In this document: positions 57,212-64,000 of the stretch, piece after piece
Numbering within the stretch: position 1 is the stretch's first letter
Layout: every line of letters starts with the position of its first letter
NCBI GenBank assembly: GCA_033581555.1
Contig: JAVQSZ010000001.1
Span: 1 to 64,000, forward strand
Source of the DNA: Nitrososphaerota archaeon
GTDB taxonomy: Archaea; Thermoproteota; Nitrososphaeria_A; Caldarchaeales; Calditenuaceae
DNA: 64,000 nucleotides
Direction of reading: 5' to 3'
The notes under the pieces: model-generated
Database searches by the model: none
Told to the model about the DNA's origin: nothing
What the model saw: the letters and a program-made list of their open reading frames with translations, nothing else
Program-made: the position numbers and the translations under genes

Positions 57212-58450
57212 TCAGAAGAGCGTTACCTTCCCCTCCAGTATCTCCGACGTCAGCCTGGTGACGTTGTCGAGCTCCTCGTTGACGATGCTGTTGACCTCGT
57301 AGACGTCGCCCGACCTGACGGCCCTCGCGGGGACGTAGCTGACCGTGACTGAGAGCGGCTGGTCGATCCTCTTCCCTATTTGGGACAGGAGCTTGACGTA
57401 GACCTCATCGAAGGCGTCCGTGCTCTCATAGATCCTCCTGGCCATCTTGAACGCGAGGACGTTGTAGATCTTCCCGACGTGAGAGATGGGGTTCTTCCCC
57501 GCGGTGGCCTCCATCGACATGTACCTGAAAGGCGTTATCAGCCCCGAGGCCCTATTGCCCCTCCCCGCGTTGCCGTCGTCGCCGTGCTCCGCGGAGGTCC
57601 CCGTCACCGTGAGGTAAACGGTGCTCCTCTCGGGCTGGCCGGGGTAGATCCTGTCGGCGGTGTTGACGTTCACCGTGACCTCGAACTCGGGCGCTATCTT
57701 GGTGGCGAGGTCCGCGACCTCATCGGCCAATTGCTGCTTCACGTTGACGTAGTGATCGAGGTCATAGGTCAGGTGGGAGACGATGCCGTTGGCGACGGTC
57801 AACGTCACCTTGTTACCGATTCTCAGGCCCATGACCTTGCAGTCCTCCCCGCTCTCCTTGATCCTCGACTTGAACTCCTTCGAGTTGATCGTCCTCTCGG
57901 TCATCAGGACCAGTCTCTCGAGGGGCGTGAAGGGCGCGAACCCTACGCCGAAGGACGTGTCGTTAGCTAGCGGGACCTCCTCGCGGGCCTCCACGACGCT
58001 CACGAGGTCGACGCTCCCGGGCTTCACCTTGTAGTCGAAGATGACGTGCCTATCGGGGTCGAGGAACCTGAAGTTCCCCTTGACGAACTCCTTTCCCGCC
58101 TCCAGGATGATCTCCCCCACGGGTATCTCCTCGTTGTTGCTGCCCTTGTTCACCTGCGTCGTCGCCCTCCCCGCGACCACGATCAGTATCGGCTCGAGGA
58201 GCTCTCCTCCCCCGAACCTCGGGGCCGACCTCCCTCCGACGAGGAGGCCCTTGTCGAGGTTGTGGTGGAGTATCCTGTTGAACCGCTCGAGGTAGTACTT
58301 CGAGAGCTTCACGCTCGACGCCTCACAGACCGAGTCGATGATGAAGTCCGGGTGGCCCAATCCCTTCCGCTCGACGATCTCAGCGTCCCTTCTGTGCACT
58401 GGCAGGGACTTCACCTCCTCGAAGACGACGTTACGGCCTGACATCGTCAT
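57212..58450 (-). CDS. mat: Archaeal S-adenosylmethionine synthetase
   Basis: [40 protein letters not shown]. Confidence 0.96.
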   Translation of the reverse strand: MTMSGRNVVFEEVKSLPVHRRDAEIVERKGLGHPDFIIDSVCEASSVKLSKYYLERFNRILHHNLDKGLLVGGRSAPRFGGGELLEPILIVVAGRATTQVNKGSNNEEIPVGEIILEAGKEFVKGNFRFLDPDRHVIFDYKVKPGSVDLVSVVEAREEVPLANDTSFGVGFAPFTPLERLVLMTERTINSKEFKSRIKESGEDCKVMGLRIGNKVTLTVANGIVSHLTYDLDHYVNVKQQLADEVADLATKIAPEFEVTVNVNTADRIYPGQPERSTVYLTVTGTSAEHGDDGNAGRGNRASGLITPFRYMSMEATAGKNPISHVGKIYNVLAFKMARRIYESTDAFDEVYVKLLSQIGKRIDQPLSVTVSYVPARAVRSGDVYEVNSIVNEELDNVTRLTSEILEGKVTLF

Positions 58451-58508
58451 CTCTACGCGTTCTCCCGGAGATAGCTCCTATTTTGATCTACCCCCCTCGA
58501 CTGAGCCT

Positions 58509-58748
58509 TCAGAGGGAGTCGACGACGGCGACGTAAACGATGTTGTTGCCGCGTATGAGGAGGTGCGGGTAAGAGGCCCTGCGGTTGCCGTTGACGTATT
58601 CCTCGACCCGCTCCAAGACCAGGTTCATGTAAGTGTCGACCTCGATCAGCCTCCCGACGTACTCCGCCTCGTTCTTCAGAACCACGCGCACCTCCTTATT
58701 GACGGAGTTCCTCAGCACCTCGATCGGCCTTCCGGTCTGCAACGACAA
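58509..58748 (-). CDS. Sm-like archaeal protein (SmAP/Lsm)
   Basis: Sm1 G.L...D.YMNLVL, Sm2 IRGNN. Confidence 0.93.
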   Translation of the reverse strand: MSLQTGRPIEVLRNSVNKEVRVVLKNEAEYVGRLIEVDTYMNLVLERVEEYVNGNRRASYPHLLIRGNNIVYVAVVDSL

Positions 58749-58822
58749 CCTCCCTTCTCACCCGCAGTTGCCCGCCAGATCCTCATAAGTGTATTCCCGT
58801 GGGAGAGCGAGGGACGAGGCAG

Positions 58823-59479
58823 TCAGGACGCGACCTTGACGAGCTCGCTGAAGCAGATACCGCACGCGTAAAGGTTCCCGGAGATCCGCCTAGCGTAGCT
58901 GAGCGGCGCGCCGCAGACCGGACAAGAGTCGGCGTGAGACTTGGGGAACACGTAGCCGCAGTAACCGCACGAGTCGGCCTGGAGCTCCGCGCTCTGCCCG
59001 CACTGGGGACACACCTTCCATTCGCTCCTCGTCTTCACGGAGAACTGCTTGGTCACAGGTGCCGGAGGGCTGGAGTTGCTCTGCCTCGCCGGAGGCGCCG
59101 ACCTCACCGATGGGCTCGGGGCCGACGTTCGCCCAGCAGTAGCCTGCTGGGACTGCTTGGGCCCGACCGACATGGCGGGTGCCTCCCGGACAACTCCCTT
59201 CAGTGACACCGCCCCTTCCGCCTCCGCGAGTCTCGACTCTAGGATCTGCGACGCGACCAGCTCCCTCACGCCCTTCCTGAACGTGTAGGCGCCTATGAGC
59301 GAGGGAGGAACTCCGGCCATCGAGAGGAGGAGGTAGATCGGGACCGAGGGGATCACCTCGACCGCGAGGGCGTCCCCCAAAGGCGTCCCGAGGGCGATCA
59401 GGTAGATGAGGGTCGGGGCGAGGGCGACACCGAGCCCCAGAACGGAGAGCACAAGCCCCACGGTAATCTTCGATGCCAT
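58823..59479 (-). CDS. Two-TM membrane protein with tandem C-terminal zinc ribbons
   Basis: Two TMs, S/P/Q-rich linker, CPQC..CGYC and CPVC..CGIC. Confidence 0.75.
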   Translation of the reverse strand: MASKITVGLVLSVLGLGVALAPTLIYLIALGTPLGDALAVEVIPSVPIYLLLSMAGVPPSLIGAYTFRKGVRELVASQILESRLAEAEGAVSLKGVVREAPAMSVGPKQSQQATAGRTSAPSPSVRSAPPARQSNSSPPAPVTKQFSVKTRSEWKVCPQCGQSAELQADSCGYCGYVFPKSHADSCPVCGAPLSYARRISGNLYACGICFSELVKVAS

Positions 59480-59540
59480 GCTTACCCCCCGCTCCGGCCC
59501 GGCCGTATTTATAACATTATTTCCGAACTGTCCCTCGGTC

Positions 59541-60440
59541 TTACTGCGGGGCGCCCGACTGGAGGACCGAGCTCAGGAAGTCCTCGACCATCGTCGGAGG
59601 GACCTCGAGGTGGTAGCGCCTGACGAAGAAGTAGACGACGTTCTGGACGTCCCTTCTGAGGTAGAACTCGGCGTTAGGGTGGTCCCTGCCGACCCACTGC
59701 GGCCAGTCTATTATCCAGGGCCTCCCCTCTTGGTCGAGCATCACGTTGTATGCGCTGAGGTCCCTGTGGATTACCCCGGCCTCGTAGGCGTCCTTGATCG
59801 ACTTAAGGAGCTCCTCGAGGATCAGCTCCGGCGGCCTCTGGACCGACCTGACCCTCACCAGCAGGCGGCCCTCGATCAGCTGGGCGACGACCGCGTGCCT
59901 GTTCCTGTAGACCGGACGGGGGACCGGGAGACCGGCAGCGCTCAGGGTCCTGAGGGCGCTGATTTCGTTGGACGCGAACCTCACCGACGCGGCCAGGTAA
60001 CTCCCGAGCTCGGAGGGGATCTCCCTCGTCCTCCTGTACCTAGTCATGCTGGTCCTGCCTGCCCTGTACAGCTTCAGGGAGACCCGCTCGCCCTCTGGGG
60101 TGACCGCCTCGTAGACGTCGGCCTCCTTCCCGACCCCGAGCGCTCCGCCGACCGAGGCCAGGATGCCCCTCCTCAGCATCGTCCTGAGGGCGAGTGCGTC
60201 GAGGCCGGCGTAGTTCAGGACGTATCCCTGAGCCCTCCCGTGGGGAGCCCAGACCAGCGAGGCTCCGTGGAGGTCCTTCAGCAGCTTCGCGACGTAATCC
60301 CCGGAGAGCCCGAGGTCCCTCGAGATCGCCTCTGGGAGGGCCGCGGAGCCCCTCAGCGAGCTCCGCTCGATCGCCCGGAGAACGTTGAAATGCCTGTCTG
60401 AGAGCTCTTCGACCGCCCTCAGCGTCCTAGCCAGCTCCAA
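59541..60440 (-). CDS. rio2: RIO2-type serine/threonine kinase
   Basis: N-terminal wHTH, GVGKEADVY, IHRDLSAYN, IDWPQ. Confidence 0.92.
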   Translation of the reverse strand: MELARTLRAVEELSDRHFNVLRAIERSSLRGSAALPEAISRDLGLSGDYVAKLLKDLHGASLVWAPHGRAQGYVLNYAGLDALALRTMLRRGILASVGGALGVGKEADVYEAVTPEGERVSLKLYRAGRTSMTRYRRTREIPSELGSYLAASVRFASNEISALRTLSAAGLPVPRPVYRNRHAVVAQLIEGRLLVRVRSVQRPPELILEELLKSIKDAYEAGVIHRDLSAYNVMLDQEGRPWIIDWPQWVGRDHPNAEFYLRRDVQNVVYFFVRRYHLEVPPTMVEDFLSSVLQSGAPQ

Positions 60441-63400
60441 CGCCTCTCCTTCTCACCAGCCCGATTACGAGCTTCGCGCCCTCGACTACCCACTCGCTGA
60501 CCTTGACGAACTCCTCCTCCGAGGGCGGGGAGCCTGCGAGCTCGAGCCTCGTCCTCGTCTCCTCCTCGATGTGTTCGACGAAGGACTTGAGCCCCTCAAC
60601 CCTTAGTGGGTCGGAGACGTAGACGCTGCAGTCGACGACCTCGGTCAACTCAAGGCTTAGCTCCTTCCTCATCACCTGGACCCGCCTGATCACCTCGTTC
60701 GAGAAGGCGATCGACCTCAGGACCTCGTCTGTCCTCGCGTCGACGTAGACGGTCGCGAACCTCCCGCTCGACGACTTGAGCCAGTCCGGCATCCTCTCGA
60801 CGACCTGCACGTGTTCGGGCCTCAGGACGAAGACTGACCCGTCGGGGAGGTTGAGGACGCACTCGCCGTTCGAGTTGAGCGCCTCGATCACCTCGACAGG
60901 CTTGGAGGACTTGAGGGCCGCCAACACGTCGTTGAACCTCCTGCCCGCGGCCGGCCCCAGCTCGCTAAAGACGGGCTCGAGCTCCCTCCACGCCTCCTTG
61001 GGCAATTCGCCAACCTCCAGAACCTCGACGCGCATCGCGTTCGTCATCCTGGTGATGTAGTCTGAGAGCCTGAGTATCGAGTCCCTGGCCCTCGGGGAGT
61101 TGGGCGACACGACAACCCTCGAGACGGGCCACCTCAGCTTGTACCCGGCCTTCTGCCTCGCGCTGAGGGAAGCTGTGATGACGTCGTCGACCACCTCCAT
61201 CGCGTCCTCGAGCTCCTGGTCGATCTTCTCGGGCTCGACCCTCGGCCACTTCGTCAGGGAGACGCTCTCCGGCATGGACTTCGTCCGCAGGCGCTGGTAG
61301 AGGTACTCTGCGATGTAAGGCGCGAAGGCCGAGAGCATCGTCAGGTACCTCACGAGCACGTAGTAGGTCGCGGCGTAGGAGGCGATCTTCTTCGGGGACC
61401 TCGTCTCCTCCCAGAACCTCCTCCTTACGGCCCTGATGTACCTCCTGCTCAGCTCGTCCGTCGCGAACCTCAGCAGCGCCCTCGCGGCATCCGTGAGCTC
61501 GTACCTCTCGATCGAAGAGGTGACCGACCTTATCAGCGAGTTGACCCTTGATACGATCCACTTGTCCTCGGGCTCCGCGAACCTCTCGTAGGCGTCGTAG
61601 CCCTCCCGCTCCGGGTCGTACCTGTCCAGGTCGAAGTAGGTCTTCGCGAAGGAGACGACGTTCCAGAGGACGTTGAGATTGGCTTGGACCTGCCTGACCT
61701 CGTCTGGATCGAAGTTCATAGTCTCCCAGACCTGAGACTTGACGAGAAGGTAGAGGCGGAGGTTGTCGACCCCGAACCTCTCGAACGACTCCCTGGCCCA
61801 GATGACGTTCCCTCTGCTCTTGGACATCTTCTTCCCCTCCTTATCGAGGACGTGGCTCTGCGTCAGGACCGACTTGAAGGGCGACCTGCCGAAGATGAGG
61901 GCCGAGGTGAAGAGGAGCGTGTAGAACCACCCGCGGGTCTGGTCGATCGCCTCGGTGATGAAGTCGTAAGGGAAGAGCCTGTTGAAAAGGCTTGGGTTCG
62001 AGAGGTAGTCTACGCTAGCGAAGTGGGCGACGCCTGAGTCGAGCCAGGTGTCCAGTACGAACGGCTCCCTCCTCATCATCCCCCCACACCTCTCGCACCT
62101 GAAGACGACCGCGTCGATCCACGGCCTGTGGAGCCTGAGAGGCCTCGGGACCTCGGTAGCGTCCCTCTCAATCTCGGCCTTCGACCCGACGACCCTCCTG
62201 GAGCCGCAGGACTCGCAGGTCCACACGTTCAGAGGGGTTCCCCAGACTTTGGTCCTCGAGATGCACCAGTCCTCAGCGTTCTCGAGCCACTCCCTGAACC
62301 TCGCCGAACCAGCCCAGGCCGGGACCCACCTGACCCTGCTGTTCTCCTCGAGCATCAGCCTCTTTATTCGGTCGACCCTGAGGAACCACTGCCTGCTCGC
62401 GAGGTAGACGAGGGGCGTCCCGCACCTCCAGCAGTGAGGGTAGTTGTGGACGACCGTACCTCTGTGGAGCAGGAGGCCCTTCCTCGAGAGGAGCTGGATG
62501 ATGTCATCCGCGGACTCCCTGTGGTCCCTCCCGGAAAAGGGCCCGACCTCGTCCGTGAAGGCGCCGTTGGTGGCGATCGGGCAGAAGACCGGAAGACCGT
62601 GCCTCTTCCCGAGCTCGAAGTCCTCGGGGCCGTGGCCGGGCGCGATGTGGACGAGCCCTGTCCCCTCCTCCATCGAGACGAACTCGGCCGTGAGTATCGA
62701 GTGCGCGGGGTGTTTGTGCTGACCGTGGACCCTTACCTCCTCCGCGAACGGATGAACGTACTTCAGGCCCTCGAGCTCGGAGCCCGGGAACCTCCTCACC
62801 ACTTCCGCTGTCCTGAGCCTCGCGTCGCTCCTGACCCGTTCGAGCAGCTTCTCCGCGACGATCAGTTTGCCGCGGTCGGTGCTGACCTCGACGTAGACCT
62901 CGTCGCCGTTCACCGCTATCGCCTCGTTGGCCAGCAGCGTCCAGGGAGTCGTCGTCCAGATGACCGCGTAGGTCCCGGGCTTGGACTCGATCGGGAAGAG
63001 GACGTACAGCGAGAAGTCCTCGACCTCCTCGTAGCCCTGGGAGACCTCGTGGGAGGAGAGGGGGGTCTCGCACCTAGGGCAGAAGGGGACTACCTTGTAG
63101 CTGACGACCAGGTCGCCCTCCTCATGGGCCTTCTTGAGGAGGTACCAAATGTGCTCCATGTACCGCTCGTTCCTGGTCTCGTAGGCGGTGTCGTAGTCGA
63201 GCCAGAGTCCTAGCCTCTCCGAGTCGGCCCTCCAGTGACCGATGTAATGATCGACCAGCCTGTTCGCCTCCTCGACGAACCTCTCCATCCCTATCGCCTC
63301 GATGTCCTTCTTCGACCTGATCCCGAGCGCCTTCTCGACCTCGATCTCCGTCGGGAGGCCCTGGCAGTCCCACCCGGCCCTCTTCCAGACGTAGAACCCC

Positions 63401-63621
63401 TGCATCGCCTTAAACCTCAGGACCACGTCCTTGCAGACCCTACCCCTCGCGTGCCCGACGTGCATGTACCCGTTGACCGTCGGCGGCCCCTCTAGGAACG
63501 AGAAGACGGGCCCTCCCTTGTTCAGCTCGAGGAACTTCCTGACCACGTCGTGCTCCCTCCAGAACCTCGCGACTTCTTCCTCGACCTTGGCCGGCTCGTA
63601 GATCGGCGGGAGGGCGTACAT
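60427..63621 (-). CDS. ileS: Isoleucine--tRNA ligase
   Basis: EGPP..NG..HVGH, GWDC.GLP, WTTTPWTL, DQTRGWF, KMSKS. Confidence 0.97.
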   Translation of the reverse strand: MYALPPIYEPAKVEEEVARFWREHDVVRKFLELNKGGPVFSFLEGPPTVNGYMHVGHARGRVCKDVVLRFKAMQGFYVWKRAGWDCQGLPTEIEVEKALGIRSKKDIEAIGMERFVEEANRLVDHYIGHWRADSERLGLWLDYDTAYETRNERYMEHIWYLLKKAHEEGDLVVSYKVVPFCPRCETPLSSHEVSQGYEEVEDFSLYVLFPIESKPGTYAVIWTTTPWTLLANEAIAVNGDEVYVEVSTDRGKLIVAEKLLERVRSDARLRTAEVVRRFPGSELEGLKYVHPFAEEVRVHGQHKHPAHSILTAEFVSMEEGTGLVHIAPGHGPEDFELGKRHGLPVFCPIATNGAFTDEVGPFSGRDHRESADDIIQLLSRKGLLLHRGTVVHNYPHCWRCGTPLVYLASRQWFLRVDRIKRLMLEENSRVRWVPAWAGSARFREWLENAEDWCISRTKVWGTPLNVWTCESCGSRRVVGSKAEIERDATEVPRPLRLHRPWIDAVVFRCERCGGMMRREPFVLDTWLDSGVAHFASVDYLSNPSLFNRLFPYDFITEAIDQTRGWFYTLLFTSALIFGRSPFKSVLTQSHVLDKEGKKMSKSRGNVIWARESFERFGVDNLRLYLLVKSQVWETMNFDPDEVRQVQANLNVLWNVVSFAKTYFDLDRYDPEREGYDAYERFAEPEDKWIVSRVNSLIRSVTSSIERYELTDAARALLRFATDELSRRYIRAVRRRFWEETRSPKKIASYAATYYVLVRYLTMLSAFAPYIAEYLYQRLRTKSMPESVSLTKWPRVEPEKIDQELEDAMEVVDDVITASLSARQKAGYKLRWPVSRVVVSPNSPRARDSILRLSDYITRMTNAMRVEVLEVGELPKEAWRELEPVFSELGPAAGRRFNDVLAALKSSKPVEVIEALNSNGECVLNLPDGSVFVLRPEHVQVVERMPDWLKSSSGRFATVYVDARTDEVLRSIAFSNEVIRRVQVMRKELSLELTEVVDCSVYVSDPLRVEGLKSFVEHIEEETRTRLELAGSPPSEEEFVKVSEWVVEGAKLVIGLVRRRGVGAG

Positions 63622-63688
63622 GCTCTGCCAATCGGGTTGAGCTTGGGTTCTTTTATTTTTCCCTGACCTCGAGAAGTAACGGAGTACC

Positions 63689-64000
63689 CTAAGATAGGTG
63701 TCTGAGGAGGAAGTCCACCACGGCCTTGTACTGCCTCACGAAGTTCTCGAGCCGCTGGGGTCCGTGCCCCTCGCCCTCCACGACGTGGAACTCGTGCGGC
63801 CTCCCGAGCTCCTTCAACCTCTCCACGAACCTAACCACCGGCCGAAGCGGGCACCTGCTGTCGTTGGCCCTGTGCCAGACCAGTATGGGAGCCCTGATCC
63901 GGTGGACGAAGTTGATCGGCGACCTGTCCCTGAAGAGCTCGGGCCTAGCCTCGGGCTTCCCGAGGAGCTGCTCGATGAAGTTCCTGAAGGCCGCGTCGGA
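63689..64000 (-). CDS. S9-family (acylaminoacyl/prolyl oligo) peptidase, C-terminal part (5' end beyond window)
   Basis: Manual translation: DRSPINFVHRIRAP...NDSRCP...EGEGHG (catalytic Asp and His), TAG at 63689-63691; absent from the ORF track. Confidence 0.85.
   Translation of the reverse strand, partial: SDAAFRNFIEQLLGKPEARPELFRDRSPINFVHRIRAPILVWHRANDSRCPLRPVVRFVERLKELGRPHEFHVVEGEGHGPQRLENFVRQYKAVVDFLLRHLS

Overview
High-GC archaeal chromosomal segment. The archaeal markers are aIF-1A, TFE, PCNA, proteasome beta, L10e/L15e/S3Ae, archaeal SAM synthetase, SmAP, aTrm56, Taw1 and an intron-containing tRNA. The gene set and composition suggest a thermophilic TACK lineage such as Aigarchaeota/Caldarchaeales (inference only). 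Most of the window is densely packed housekeeping genes: four aminoacyl-tRNA synthetase genes, six tRNA-modification enzymes, the mevalonate HMGS-thiolase-DUF35 operon, pyrBI, hom, ilvE, gdh, an ECF transporter and three tRNAs (Asn-GTT with a 19-nt intron, Arg-CCG, Val-CAC). The stand-out items are: (1) a 4-TM membrane protein ending in a C4HC3 RING finger with E2-docking hallmarks, a candidate membrane-anchored ubiquitin-ligase-like protein; (2) a frameshifted tailed-virus baseplate-hub-like gene running off the left edge, mostly missed by the ORF track; (3) a rhodanese plus PhsABC/PsrABC-like sulfur-respiration operon with a paired palindromic operator and a frameshifted catalytic subunit; (4) a candidate C/D-box guide RNA and several structured intergenic elements; (5) perfect inverted-repeat operators; (6) a probable CTG start for hom; (7) an aTrm56 CDS whose stop codon lies inside tRNA-Val. 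Several single-base indels sit in short G/C runs and may be sequencing artefacts. Most overlapping or antisense ORFs in the track are GC-driven shadows. All family calls come from motif recognition, not database searches.
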